A stretch of 64,000 nt of DNA from Hormiphora californensis (taxonomy: Eukaryota > Animalia > Ctenophora), in the NCBI GenBank assembly GCA_020137815.1, contig CM035355.1, forward strand, positions 4,464,001 to 4,528,000, in the 5' to 3' direction. Within the stretch, counting starts at the first letter, position 1; each line of letters begins with the position of its first letter. A model generated the notes under the pieces. The model did not search any database. It saw nothing but the letters and a program-made list of their open reading frames with translations, and was not told the DNA's origin. Position numbers and translations under genes: made by a program. Shown one piece after another: positions 39,198-52,943 of the stretch.

Positions 39198-39306
39198 CAT
39201 GAACCGACCGAATCAGGAAATACTGGTCCCTGATTGGCTGATAGCCAGTCACGTGACCTAAATAACGAGTTCTGATTGGTTGTTTACTTGGTTCGGTCGG
39301 TTCCTA
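39198..39306. mobile_element. 109-bp hAT-type MITE, copy 3
   Basis: Same sequence as 5878-5986; 8-bp TSD ATGTACAT. Confidence 0.9.
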
Positions 39307-39785
39307 ATGTACATTGACTATTGTGAATCCTACCCTCCTTACCCAGCTGACCCCGTAGAAATAAGAGCCCGTTACCCTACTCCTTGCTGCACAACCTTTT
39401 TTGTGGTCCTCTTAACACATCTCTCCACTGCTGTTTTTTTATCAACGTGATCAGACCATATTAGGACAACACACTCACCGAGCCATCATATTATTCTTCC
39501 AGATCCTTCCAAGCTGAGGCGATACGTTGCAACTGTTCTATGGAAAACCCCGGATCAAGCTGATATAATATAGATCTACCCATTATGCCACTTTTGGAGT
39601 GCTTTTTTTCCCCTGCCCGGGTGATCTCCTTAGCACGTGTGCTAAAAATAAAAAGATGATTCAGGGTTTAGAAATCAGCAATGTTGGGGTTCTTGAGAAT
39701 GAAAGTTATGGGCTCGCTATTACCCATGGTGGGTGGTCAAATTTGATATCATTATCAATCAATGTATTGAACAGCTCTCATTATC

Positions 39786-39856
39786 GACAGAGAATAAGGA
39801 TCGGTTGATTGTTTATTAGCCGCATATCAGTGAGGAAGTTTTGTTTTCTCCTTCCG
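39786..39856 (-). mobile_element. Extremely 5'-truncated Penelope tail insertion
   Basis: Reverse complement of the element end at ~46079-46147; flanked by direct repeat GCTCTCATTATC (39774-39785, 39857-39868). Confidence 0.75.
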
Positions 39857-40237
39857 GCTCTCATTATCAATAAACATACACACAACTTACTCACAACTGC
39901 GTGAGCCCTCTGAAGAACTGTCTGCAGCGGCCCTGCCCCGATTTATATAGACTGGTGTGAATCAAACCCGGGTTGATTGGCCGCCAGATGGATGACACAT
40001 ATTCGTAATGATGATACATCACTGAGAAAGGGTTTCCGCCCTATGAATGGAGAGGTCTAGAAGAATCGGTTGTCACTGCTAGGAGCGAGGAGAGGTAGGA
40101 GAGGGGAGTGTAACATTTAGCACTTATTAGGCTGCATGGCCATAAAGACATGTGCATTTTTCATTTTACTTCTGATCAACTGAAATTGCTTGTATCCAGC
40201 GTCAGACTCTTCTTCTTTAACTTTTCCTCCCAGACCA

Positions 40238-40310
<73 letters not shown>

Positions 40311-41431
40311 TCTCTCCCTCTAGTCTGGTGTACATTGCACACTAACATGCACACCTCCCACTGAGCCGGTGAGTGTTTTACTGCGTCATCAGACGGCCAT
40401 CAGAGGCACAGCTCAATTTATATTGTGAGAGGGATTTAGAGAATGGTGCACTCTAAATCTTTAAACCATGGTGGTAGTGGTAGCTTTAGAACGACTATGC
40501 CGGTAAACAAACGTCACATTACCGTACTATAGTGGCGGTAGTGGGGGTCCCATATAAAGTTGTGACTTGTCACTGGAACTTTTCACCGCATTCTGTAGTG
40601 GTATATTTTCTACAGCTTTCTCATTTACGGACACCTGACAAAATTGAATCGTGGGATTCGGAGTTCCGTCATAGCTGTACAATAAAATTTGGGGAGAGAG
40701 AGAAAGTTGAGAGAGAAGCATGGGAAAGTTTAGAAGGAGAATTCAGTACTCATGATCTTAATTCGATAAAATCTTATTATATGAGGGCCTAAAATAGACC
40801 AAACAAAATTGTTGTAAAGCGGTATCTTAGGCCCAAAAATAATAATATGTAATTGACCCATAGGCCTGCATAGGTAGGGGCCTACTAGGGGGTGTGATAA
40901 ATGGGTGATTTAAGATTTTGGAATCTCGATCTGTCCAGATTTGAACAATGGTCCTTATGGCAAAGGGGGTGGAGAAAGTTCTAGAAAATTCCATTTAGTC
41001 CTTCCTTAAATTTTATAGATCTGCATTCAAAGTAGGTACGCCGTACGGTAGGTGAATCGATCTGACTTCGTTCAATTGATCCACATCCTCACATGGCAGA
41101 TGCCACTAGGTCAGAGGTCAATAATCAAAATGTTGACCAAATAACGCCATATGGTACATCGTTTCAGAATCCCCTAGAGAGATTCTAGAGAGAGTATGTG
41201 CTTTCTCTATAACAGCTAGGCGTCTTTGTATTTGCTTTTTCACGTCAAGTCATTTTAAACAGATGGTCAGTCAAAGAGGAGAGAAGGGGTCAGTGCTTTC
41301 AGAGGAGAGAAAGAGAGAAGGTCGACAAGATCATTCAAGTGAGTTAATGTGGGGTCAGATGATCAGAGGGATGTGATAAGTGAGGGGGCAATAGAGATGT
41401 AGGTGAGAATGATCCACTATAATATGGGCAT

Positions 41432-42527
41432 ATTATACCAAAACTAATTGAAATTAGTAGGCCGGAAAGGTTGCCCTATGAGTTGAGCTACCTTTGGCAC
41501 CAGTACATTCCCTTCTGAAGATAGAGTAAGCATCTGTACCCTGTCTGGACACCGTGAATGTTACGGTGGCTAAGGTAGCTCAACTCATAGGGCAACCTTT
41601 CCGGCCTACTAATTTCAATTAGTTTTGGTATAATTTGCATCATTTTTGGGATTTTTTATCCATTTAGATGTAATAGAACAGGTACAGAGAGGATGGAATC
41701 GCAAAATTGAGAAAATTTCATTTTTGACGTCATTTTGACGTCATAAAATGACGTCACGACGTTATGACGTCATAATTACTTCGTCATATCATCAGGATTA
41801 CCTAGAAGAAGATACTGACCAAGTTTGAGATCGATTGGATAAGATTTGAGTCCGCTATGGCGAAAAAACCCATATCGTCATATCTATTTTTAAACAGTCT
41901 TAATACTTCAGACGCGTTTTAAGACCCTTATACATACAGTTTTGAAAATTCGCAATATAGTTTCTGAGAGTTCAGACAATTCTCTTTCCATGATATAGTC
42001 TTCGTTTTTCGATTAAGATCCGTCTTCAGGGTGTAAATTGAGCTTAAAGAATTTTGGTCAGAGTCTGAAAAATGACGACTTTAAGACGTTCTGTAGGACG
42101 TTCCTAACAATGAAAAGGGGCCTCACATCGACTAATGCACACACATCTAGTAGATCTACCAGCTGTCAAAACGAGAAGTTTCTATCTTTTTTCGTTTGGC
42201 GTGAATATGGTTTACAAAAAGCGTCTCTCCTATGCGCGCGCGCGCATATGCGCGTGTTACACTGAATTTAGGGCAAATGGAACCTATCTGTTACTTCGGT
42301 TCCAGATGAGATAGAGACTTGAAATTTTAAACTTGAGTCAAAGACCCCAAGCCGGGTATACATTCCAAATTTCAAGTCAAACGGATGAAAGGGAGCCACG
42401 CTATAGCCTTCTTAAATCTGGGTTTTTAGCCAAAACACCCATAAAACGTATAACTGCGTTTGTGGCGGCGCTTTGGTGGGGGGGGGAGGGGGGAATGGCA
42501 ACCTTTGCGCTTGCCAGCGCAGTGATA
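41432..42527 (+). mobile_element. Hairpin-terminated element with terminal 63-bp inverted repeat (same family architecture as 6188-8128)
   Basis: Perfect arms 41432-41494 and 41572-41634; ends GCGCT-TGCC-AGCGC-AGTGATA at 42507-42527. Confidence 0.55.
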
Positions 42528-43117
42528 GTGAACATGTGACCAATGGATTCACTACAAGGAATAATTGTATTTATTCCTTTTTCAATCGCTGCTATTAGAG
42601 CACGTACTATTGGCTATGTATAGCCATTCTATATTCTATGAGCTATAGTATAGGTGAATAGTTGTTGAGTGATTCACCAAGGTCATATAATTGGCAAGTT
42701 CTATAGTGACTCCTCTGCACTGACCCCCTAACGACATGTATTTACCACCACGTCTCATAAATTAAAGGTGTGATCCAGACATAATGCTGGCAACTTCAAA
42801 TCGTCATTCACCTCACCCCAGTTTATATGGTCAAATGAGCCTGCGGACAATGAGTGACGTGCGTGGTGGGGTGTTATAATTTTCCATTTTTTCTTCTTTC
42901 TTCTAGATCATCCACCCAGATTTGCACTTTGAAAACTCAAAGATATTTCAAAGCAAAAGCTCAGTCACTGGTTGTACTTATTCGAGATAATGATTGTACA
43001 GAACTACTAAACTAAGTTTAGAGAAATGAAATAATCTGACGTTTCTGTAATTCGGTGAGGAAGTTTTGTTTTCTCCTTCCGGCTGGACAAATGAGTAGAC
43101 GTAGATTTTATTGTAGA

Positions 43118-43160
43118 ATAACGCTATCAATTTCGGCGCACAGCACCATCTTCAGGCTAT
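43118..43160 (-). ncRNA. Minimal hammerhead ribozyme motif in the Penelope terminal repeat (left copy)
   Basis: Reverse complement of 46001-46043. Confidence 0.6.
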
Positions 43161-46000
43161 AATATACGGAATATACATGTTAGAAAAACTGTACACATAC
43201 CAATCGTAAAATAAAAATTACTGGAAAATTCTAAAGCTAAGCTAATTTAGTGAAATAGTAAAAAGTTGAAAAACTACACGCGGGACTGAAAAATTATAAA
43301 ACAAAAAGTAAAGACTAGGAAATAAACGGGGTTTAAATAGTAAAGAAATAAGATCAGATAGTGAAATAAGATAGGAATCACGCGACTGCTCAAAAAGATA
43401 TCTAGCTAAAAAATCAATGACCAATATGGCCGTTAGAAAATACTAAAAACGGATAATATTAAGAAATAAGGAATCTAGATAGATCAGTCAACTCTTCTTT
43501 TAAATTAATAGTAGGCTTCTCTCTGTTAATATAATATGCTTCTATATCTTTCTATAAAGATACGTGACTCTGTTGTAATAATCTCAAAACTCAAATCAGG
43601 TACTGTCTTATTATGAAACTGTTTATAGTGCACTGCGAGTGCCATCTCCGAGTAAGATTTCAACGTAGGGAGGTGGCATACCGGAGATGTTCTCCAAAGC
43701 GGTCTTTAGCTGTTCTCCGTTTCCGATGTAGATCTCTTTACAGATGTTACAGGTAATCCGGTATACTGGAGCAGTCACCTGGCAGTTCCTCTCCCCTCTA
43801 GCCGTGGACATATTTTACATGATCTCCCCCCACAGTAAGCTGCTCCATTGTCAAGGGGCCGTGAGCTACAGAAGATGTTACGTAGTTGGTACCTGGAGTA
43901 AATATGTTTTGATAGGAAGAGAGCGGCTAGAGATAAACTTCTGGATCGATAATGAAAATGATTCAGAGATGTAAGGCAGTTTCAAAATAACACAGTCCTC
44001 CACCTGCTGCTTCTGACCCTGGTACAAACGACAGCTCTGTTGTTGTGCGAACTGACGAGGGTTCTGGTACCCATTAGCAATCAGCAGGTTGTCCACTATT
44101 CTAGGGATGCCTCCTCTGTTCCGAATCTGATGCACTTAGCCTCGCTGTGGCGTAGAAATTACGGACAGTTTGGATTTTAGTGGAAATAGGGTGGTGACTG
44201 TTCGCGTGCAGTGTGATATTCTTGCGAGCCTCCTTGCGGTAGAAACGCGTCTGCACCTCCCCAGATTCGGTGACCCGGATGTTAGTACCCAAGAAAGGTA
44301 CAAAGTCATCACCTCTGGAAAGTCAACCTCCCATTTGATAAGATGGTCCGGATCCTGCTCACCTACTTATCAAAGAAAAAACACTGCCTCCTCTTCTGTA
44401 TAACATACGGTACAGGCATCATCAATGTACCGCCCATATAGAATAGGCAAGTACGATACGTCGGTGTAGAACATACAGGCATGTATATCGTCCTTGGTAT
44501 CTTTTGCCGAGGAACACTTGGACGTCTTGAACCTAAGGGGTCTAGAGTGTGTAGATGTCCATGAGTGTCTAGATTGGTACTGGAGAGTTATTCTTTCGTA
44601 TGATGGGCGCCTCTACAAAACAACCCGGGGGCTATCATGGGATGTGCCCTAGTCCCATGCAGCAGTGGTGAGAGTTTTTATGTTCGAGAGAGCCACCTCT
44701 ACACCGACGTATCGTACTTGCCTATTCTATATGGGCGGTACATTGATGATGCCTGTACCGTATGTTATACGAGAGAGGAGGCAGTGTGTTTCTTGATAAG
44801 ATAGGTGAGCAGGATCCGGACCATCTTATCAAATGGGAGGTTGACTTTCCCGAGGGTGATGATTGTACCTTTCTTGGGTACTAACATCCGGGTCACCGAA
44901 TCTGGGGAGGTGCAGACGCGTTTCTACGCAAGGAGGCTCGCAAGAATATCACACTGCACGCGAACAGTCACCACCCTATTTCCTAAAATCCAAACTGTCC
45001 GTAATTTCACGCCACAGCGAGGCTAAGTGCATCAGATTCGGAACAAGAGGAGGCATCCTGAGAATAGTGGACAACCTGAGTTGCTAAGGGTACCAGAACC
45101 CTCGTCAGTTCGCACAACAACAGAGCTGTCGTTTGTACCAGGGTCAGAAGCAGCAGGGGGAGGACTGTGTTATTTTGAAACTGCCTTACATCTCTGAATC
45201 ATTTTATTATCGATCCAGAAGTTTATCTCTAGCCGCTCTCTTCCTATCAAAACAGTATTTACTCCAGGTACCAAGCTACGTAAACATCTTCTGTAGCTCA
45301 CGGCCCCTTGACAATGGAGCAGCTTACTGTGGGGGGAGATCATGAAAATATGTCCACGGCTAGAGGGGGAGAGGAACTGCCAGGTGACTGCTCCAGTATA
45401 CCGGATTACCTGTAACATCTGTAAAGAGACCTACATCGGGGAAACGGGGAGAACAGCTAAAGACCGCTTTGGAGAACATCTCCGGTATGCCACCTCCCTA
45501 CGTTGAAATCTTACTCGGAGATGGCACTCGCAGTGCACTATAAACAGTTTCATAATAAGACAGTACCTGATTTGAGTTTTGAGATTATTACAACAGAGTC
45601 ACGTATCTTATATAGAAAGATATAGAAGCATATTATATTAACAGAGAGAAGCTACTATTAATTTAAAAGAAGAGTTGACTGATCTATCTAGATTCCTTAT
45701 TTCTTAATATTATCGTTTTTAGTATTTTCTAACGGCCATATTGGTCATTGAGTATTTTTAGCTAGATATCTTTTTGAGCAGTCGCGTGATTCCTATCTTA
45801 TTTCACTATCTGATCTTATTTTACTATTTAAACCCCGTTTATTTCTAGTCTTTACTTTTGTTTTATAATTTTTCAGTCCCGCTGTGAGTTTTTCAACTTT
45901 TACTATTTCACTAAATTAGCTTAGCTTTGGAATTTTCCAGTAATTTTTATTTTACGATTGGTATGTGTACAGTTTTTCTAACATGTATATTCCGTATATT

Positions 46001-46043
46001 ATAGCCTGAAGATGGTGCTGTGCGCCGAAATTGATAGCGTTAT
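46001..46043 (+). ncRNA. Minimal type I hammerhead ribozyme motif in the Penelope terminal repeat
   Basis: CTGAAGA core, stem II GGTGC/GCGCC, GAAA, vestigial stem III and ATA cleavage triplet (46034-46036). Penelope pLTRs are known to carry such motifs. Confidence 0.62.
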
Positions 46044-46192
46044 TCTACAATAAAATCTACGTCTACTCATTTGTCCAGCCGGAAGGAGAAAACAAAACTT
46101 CCTCACTGATATGCGGCTAATAAACAATCAACCGATCCTTATTCTCTTTCTGTAATTCTGAAGACAAACCAATTCTAATTCGCATGACTGTG

Positions 46193-46343
46193 CTGTCAGA
46201 GCATTGGCCTGATCCTACTATACTTAATTTCTTTCAAATAAGGAACACACGAGAACTGTGGTCAGAGGATTGGCCTGACCCTATTCTCATTTCTTTTAAA
46301 TAAGGAACACACGAGAACTGTGGTCAGAGGATTGACCTGACAG
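46193..46343. mobile_element. CTGTCAG-ended mini-element with internal duplication
   Basis: CTGTCAGAGCATTGGCCTGA ... CCTGACAG; flanks TGACTGTG/TGACAGTG (7/8 TSD). Related copies at 47397-47486, 58022-58100 and a partial one at ~55884-55940. Confidence 0.7.
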
Positions 46344-47396
46344 TGACAGTGTGTCCCTTTCTCTTAAGAGCTCTAGATCTGTAGAACACTGCATACAATC
46401 ACTCTGTGCGTGTATGAGTGTACAAATGCTACATAGTGCATGCCGCACGTTGGGTCCTTTTGATTGGATTGTGGCCACCACCCATCTCTTTCCTTCTATA
46501 TATTTCTCTCTCCCTCTTCTTTCTTTCTTTCTTTCTTTCATTCACCCTCTCCTTCTATCAAATTTGCTCTTTCAGCAGGCCTATCCAAGTCAATGAAAGA
46601 CAGACTCAACTGTACTTGGAGGGTGGTATTGAGAGTGGCCTTGCTACGGCAGGGTGTTGGACGTGCTGGGGCGCATAATAAGTGTGTTCAGTACGGCATC
46701 TGTTATTTCCGGGCAGGCCATCCTCAAGACGTAGCAACGAGAAACAAACAAACTCTACAGCAGTAGGTCACGGGTTTATTTCATCCCCAGCGTGAATCGG
46801 TAGAAGTTGCTTGTTATTCGACCATCCTGTGCCCCCCTCTGTCTGGTAATTACAGATGAAGAGCTTCTTAGTGTCTAGTGATCTGTCTGGCGGCGCCGGA
46901 CTCCGATTCAACAGTGCTCTCAGATCGGGTCCGCGGCGCCAGACGGCAGACAGTGCGGCCCCTCCTCCTTGCATGCGTGAACATGAAACGTAGAAGCTGC
47001 AACTATCAACTATGTTACAAGTGTTACAAGATTTGGTTAGTGGTCGAGTTTCTATGCGACTTGATTAATGTACTGCTGAGTTCTCCAGCTAAAGATTCCT
47101 TGCAATATTACGGGGGCGATATATTATATGTGCATTGTTTCACCAGCAAGGAGAGAGAAGCGGGCCAGCTTCAAAGCTATCGGTAAAGTGCAGGGGATAA
47201 GATATCACACTTCTTGCTAGGTGGCACTTGACTTGAACAACTGAATTAGATTAGACTCGAGCTCTTATCGTGTGTGGGAAACTGTCATGTATTGAGTATT
47301 AAGTATTGAGACATCTGTAAGGATTCATTGAATTGTTCATACTTTATGACACAGTGTCAGGCGACTCTTAAAGGAGTCAGGCGATTTATCTTGTTG

Positions 47397-47486
47397 TTGT
47401 CAGAGCACTGGCCTCAGGCCTGACCCTATTCTCATTTCTTCAAATAGGAGTGCACGAAAACCGCGATCAGAGCATTGACCTGACAG
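47397..47486. mobile_element. CTGTCAG-family mini-element
   Basis: 8-bp TSD TCTTGTTG (47389-47396, 47487-47494). Confidence 0.75.
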
Positions 47487-47898
47487 TCTTGTTGGGGTAA
47501 TCGCATTTACATTTAAGGCGATGATCCTACTGTAGAGGATCAGATCTTCTACAGCTTCGAACAATTGCCTAGATTTAGTGAGTAAACCTCAGAGTTTAGA
47601 GCGCTGAAATGATGTGTTTTGTGGTCTACTTTAATTTTGAAGGGATTCCTGGTAAAGTTTTGTGGTCTAGACGTCTTTGGGTATTTATCTTCACCTGCTA
47701 TATATATCTGGAGGGAAGTGATCACTGATCACGCTGATCACGCTAACAGCATCTCAATTCAGTCTTGGTGGTGGACCTAACGTGATCGCAGGTAACAAGC
47801 TGTCTGGGAGAGCAGTCAAAAACACAAAATCTCTCTCTATGTCTTATATTACTGGGCAATCTTTAGAGAGTTTCATCAACCTGCTCTACGAGGATAGG

Positions 47899-47950
<52 letters not shown>

Positions 47951-47955
47951 AAATT

Positions 47956-49418
47956 ATCACTGCACTGGCAAGTGCCCCGTGGCCCTAGGGGGGTCTGGGG
48001 GCACAGCCCCCAGCATTGAAAAAACCATCCTACCCCTTCTAAGGTCATCCTAGAACATTATAAGATGAAATCTGAAAGGATAAACTCAGGCGCAGAAAAT
48101 TTAATTTCGCCCGATTCGGGGGCCAGTGCAGTATACCATACGGATGCGACTTTCGCTCTTTTCGAGCGTCTATTTAACCATGTTCCCGACAAGCTACGAA
48201 GCTGAAATTTTTTATGTAAAGCTACCTCAATGATATCTATTAGTGTTAAAAATTTCAAGTGGATCGATGGTTCCGTTCAAAAGTTACGAGGGGGGTCCCA
48301 AACGCTTGCTCTGTATACATACATACATACATACATACATACGCACGACCTTTTTACAAACCAAACTGAGCAAAAACGGCTGGATTTAGAGCTTTTTGTC
48401 CCGGGGACGACCCCCCATAAATCGACCATTCTACATGTCGTAGGCTATATAAAATTTTGATTTGAGCATGGGAAGTCATTAATTATGCATAATTTATGTA
48501 TAATTTTATGATTATTTCGGTATTGGCTGTTGTAAGGACATTTTAAAGAACATATTTCGACGCAGAATAGTCGATTTAAGGGGGGTTGTCCCCCGGACAA
48601 AAAGTCGTATCTTGCACCGTTTAGCCGTTATTTGCATATTTATGCGCCGATTTATGATTTAATGCATATTCTGAATATTTCCACTTCAGCTGATCCTAGA
48701 ATGTTTTCATGGACATATTTCGACGCAGAATGGTCGATTTATGGGGGGTTGTCCCCCAGACAAAAAATCGTATCTTGCACCGTTTAGCCGTTATTTGCAT
48801 ATTTATGCGCCGATTTATGATTTAATGCATATTCTGAATATTTCCACTTCAGCTGGTCCTAGAATGTTTTCATGGACATATTTCGACGCAGAATGGTCGA
48901 TTTATGGGGGGTTGTCCCCCGGACAAAAAGTCGTATCTCGTACCGTTTAGCTTTTATTTGCATATTTATGCACAGATTTATGATTTAATGCATATTCTGA
49001 ATATTTCCACTTCAGCTGGTCCTAGAATGTTTTCATGGACATATTTCGACGCAGAATGGTCGATTTATGGGGGGTTGTACCCCAGAAAAAAAGTCGTATC
49101 TCGTACCGTTTAGCCGTTATTTGCATATTTATGCACCGATTCATGATTTAATGCATATTCTGAATATTTCCACTTCAGCTGGCCCTAGAACGTTTTCATG
49201 GTCATATTTCGACGCAGAATAGTCGATTTATGGGGGGTCGTCCACCAAACAAAAAGTCGTATCTCGTACCGTTTAGCCGTTATTTGCATATTTTTGATAC
49301 CTGTTTACAAAAATCCTGAGAAACTAGACCAAAAAACAAAGGAAATTTGTTTGGAACACCCGTGGCCTTTTGTCGATACTTGACGCTGCGGGAAATGCAC
49401 CCTTCGTCAGGGCAAGAC

Positions 49419-49487
<69 letters not shown>

Positions 49488-49696
49488 CGTGTGCTAGAAC
49501 TTGGAGAGAGATGGCACAACGATACCTAGTAGCTCAGTTGCCAAGCTAGACTGCCTTTCGCGAGCCCCGCACAAATGTAAAGGGAGGGTTAGAACATAAC
49601 AAGTAGCTCAGATTATGGGTGCATTTCCCGCAGCGTCAAGTATCGACAAAAGGCCACGGGTGTTCCAAACAAATTTCCTTTGTTTTTTGGTCTAGT
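47956..49696 (-). mobile_element. Hairpin-terminated element with internal 163-bp tandem array and terminal 80-bp inverted repeat
   Basis: ATCACT-GCACT-GGCA-AGTGC at 47956-47975; perfect arms 49323-49402 and 49617-49696. Confidence 0.55.
48540..49292. repeat. 163-bp tandem repeat, ~4.6 copies
   Basis: CATATTTCGACGCAGAAT recurs at ~48551, 48714, 48877, 49040 and 49203. Confidence 0.92.
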
Positions 49697-50273
49697 AAGT
49701 ATTTATCTTAACGTTTATTTCCCATCATTTTATATTCAAACCATTTAGTTGTTTAACTTGAATTTAGCGTTTATCAATGTTTATAGAGAGAGAAGAGAAA
49801 GAGAGAGAGAGAGAAAGATAGGGAGAGAAAGAGAGATAAAGAAAGATAACTGTACGTTGATTTTGGATACTGTACTTTGGTTTCGGGACTTCCTGGGGAA
49901 CAGCTTCCTCGGAACTATCTCGGATTTGATCATTTTAAATCTTATATAATATCATGGTAGTAATAATTTTAAAGTTCCGTCCACGTATACATGCTAAGAC
50001 TTCCCAAGACAAGCTATAGTGCATGTTAACAACGCTGTATTTTCACACCAACCCCCTCAATTGTGTGTAAAACTTTGGCATGTGATAACAGTTCCTCTCT
50101 CGTGGGCGTACCCCCGCAACGAGGGGCCTGGCTGCAGCGTATACAAAGTTAGGGCCTTTCTCAACGAGACAAAAACTACAGTCCCATCTGCCATCATAGG
50201 TTTTTAGATATCAAAGTATTCGGGTTGGAAAATATTTAAAGAGACAGTTTCTCTCGTATATTGATGCAATATA

Positions 50274-51189
50274 TTAGGTTGTCCAGTAAATATTTTCGTT
50301 TGGCTACGTATGGGAAAATGGTTTGAGATAGAGCAAAATGGATTTCACCACCGTTTTTCTCATGCGATTTTAGATCGGAATATCATGCTTGATATCGGTA
50401 TTTGGCTGTTCTCGGTTCCCAACAGGTGTTTTTCTCTACCCCACTTTTGTTGCTGCTGCATATGAAAAATCGCGATTTTCGAGTTTTAGTACTAAAGCTG
50501 CTGTACTTCTTCAAAATGGTACCTGCAGTGATGTTTTGTTGCATCAAGCTTGTTCATTGGACAATTATCTATCGTTTAACATGTAAAAAAAGATCCTATC
50601 TTTGTTTTGTCACTGAGCAATGGGCCTCCAAACATTTTTGGTCAAAATTAGAAATTTTGACTTCCGGGTCTTATCAAGATTGACTTATAATCAAAAACTC
50701 TGCAGTAAAAGATAGTTCTAAGTAAGTTCTAAGACATAGTGAAGCCAATTATGTGATTGGTTGACTTTTAAATTGACTAATTGACGTTTTCGAACATACC
50801 CTAAAACGGGCCAGTTTTTATGTGCATTTTTTCGCTTTTCCATGTTAAATTTACTGTTCTAGTGGTTACTAGCGAACGCGTAGAGACCCAAATCGCATGT
50901 ATATTTCATCCTTAGACGATTTGCTATCGATTAAGCACCATTGGCGCTAAAAAGACTGTACCAGTTTTCTTAGGGAAGCGTTTAAAAAACTTTGGTAACC
51001 CCGTGCAGCGGCAACAAGAGTGGGGTAGTGAAAATAACCTGGTGGGAACCGAGAACAGCCAAATACCGATATCAGGCATGATATTCCGATCTCAAATCGC
51101 GTTAGAAAAACGGTGGTGAAGTCCATGTTGCTCTATCTCAAACCATTTTCCCATAAAAGCCAAACGAAAATGTTTACTGGACAACCTAA
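50274..51189. mobile_element. mariner-derived non-autonomous element with long (~180-bp) imperfect TIRs
   Basis: TA|TTAGGTTGTCCAGTAAA ... TTTACTGGACAACCTAA|TA; the TTAGGTTG start and TA TSD are typical of mariner. Confidence 0.85.
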
Positions 51190-51642
51190 TACTCTACTCT
51201 CAAATCAATTCCTGTCTGATGATATCTAAGTTTTTTGGCGAGACTCCAATTGAAAGGCTGCCAGAAAGACAAGGGGTAGTACAGCAGCCAATGAGGCGGG
51301 GGGAGGGGTAGTACAGCAGCCAATAAGGCGGGCCGGTTCAGGGGAGTCGTCGCGACAGGTCTACTGTTGAGAATAGAGACAGGGATATGAGACATGGTAT
51401 GTGTTCACTGTTCGTGGAGCCTGGAGGGAGAGTAGCTTAGCATGTGATATAGGTCTAGAGCTGGGACCTGCGGAAACGTCGTGGTCTCTGAAATTATTAC
51501 TTGATCAAATATAATTTCCCTTTCACACGCCATGTAGGTGAGATTGAGTGGAAAAGCAGTAGCTATCTGGCTTGCTGCTGCAGGTCCTCTAAAGTTTAAT
51601 CACAAACCTAATATTTTCACTCGAACAGATGTTCTCTTTTTA

Positions 51643-51714
<72 letters not shown>

Positions 51715-52840
51715 CTCTCTCTCTCTCCCCCTGCTGTTTGTTAGTATTAAATACACTGGAGAGAGCAGCACGGAGGGAGAAAGCCGGCTCCAGAGAATTT
51801 CATATATTGCTCTAAATATCACGTACTGGATTAGTAGCCTAGCAACGAGATTAGTAACCTAGCAACGAGGTCTTCCAAGTGACATAGAGTTGTTCGTTGT
51901 TGTACAGATCATGTAACATTTAAACGCATTAGTCACACGTCTTGGATAGGTGTTAAAATATGTGTGACGAACTGCACACCACATTTCGCAATCATTGTAT
52001 TCATCTTCCCAACTCAATATATAATATTAACGAATGCACGACAGTTTTATAGCGAATCCGTGACTTGTCACCCGTTTTATAGCGAATCCGTGACTTGTCA
52101 CCCGTTGAATATTTGTTTTTCTAGGATTGGGTTAACATAACAAAATAATATTCAGGTCCGAGACAAGCCCATATATATTAGGTTTGTTATGTTGAGGGTG
52201 AGACGGCCCTTACTTGTTTGTTATGATCCTTGTGGAATGTGTTAGGTTTAATCCCCCCCCTTCATGCACACTCAGCATTCAGGAGCCTCGGGAAAACTAT
52301 ATAATCACGGGCGGGCTGAATACAAAGGGTAAAATGAAAAATCAATGAATGATAAATGTTCAATGTTAAATGTTAGACGTTTGTTTTTTAGGAGATGGTC
52401 TCACCAATTGATCAACCAGGTAAGAGTCCTAGTGCAGATGGTATAACAACATGTTCTTCTTTGAAGTTGTTTGAGAAAGAGCTGGACTTTGTCCCCCAGG
52501 CCAAGGGAGGGGGTTCGAGACTAGGTCGAGAGGGAGGGGTGATGGGTTACCAGGTTATAGGGCGAGAGGGAGGGGTGAGAGTTACGCAACTGAGTTGGCA
52601 GGTGCATAGTGAACGTAAGTTGGAGGACTACAATAGGTTGTTCTATAGAATAGCTATATAGCATATATTGTCTCTGACGTTTCATAATATATACAGATAT
52701 AGATGTTAAAACTTTAGAGATTAGAGAGAATTATGTTAGAGAGTTTGTCATGTATTATAGAGAGCAACTTGTGTAGCTATATTACTGACTTGTCAGTAAA
52801 GTCATTGACTACATCACCTACTCACTGTCTATATGTCTCT

Positions 52841-52943
<103 letters not shown>

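Larger units (their letters stand above)
43054..46146. mobile_element. Penelope-like retroelement: two 5'-truncated, frameshifted copies in inverted (tails-out) orientation
   Basis: RT motifs YGRYIDDAC, FLGTNI, FYRKEARKNITLHANSHHP and LPYI; GIY-YIG nuclease VYRITCNICKE.YIGETGR..KDRFGEH. Left copy on minus (43054-~44478), right copy on plus (~44480-46146). 12-bp direct repeat TTTCTGTAATTC at 43042-43053 and 46147-46158. Confidence 0.92.

Noticed and set aside
46418-47186. Overlapping short ORFs as a gene or retroelement
   Set aside because: No recognisable motif or consistent exon chain.
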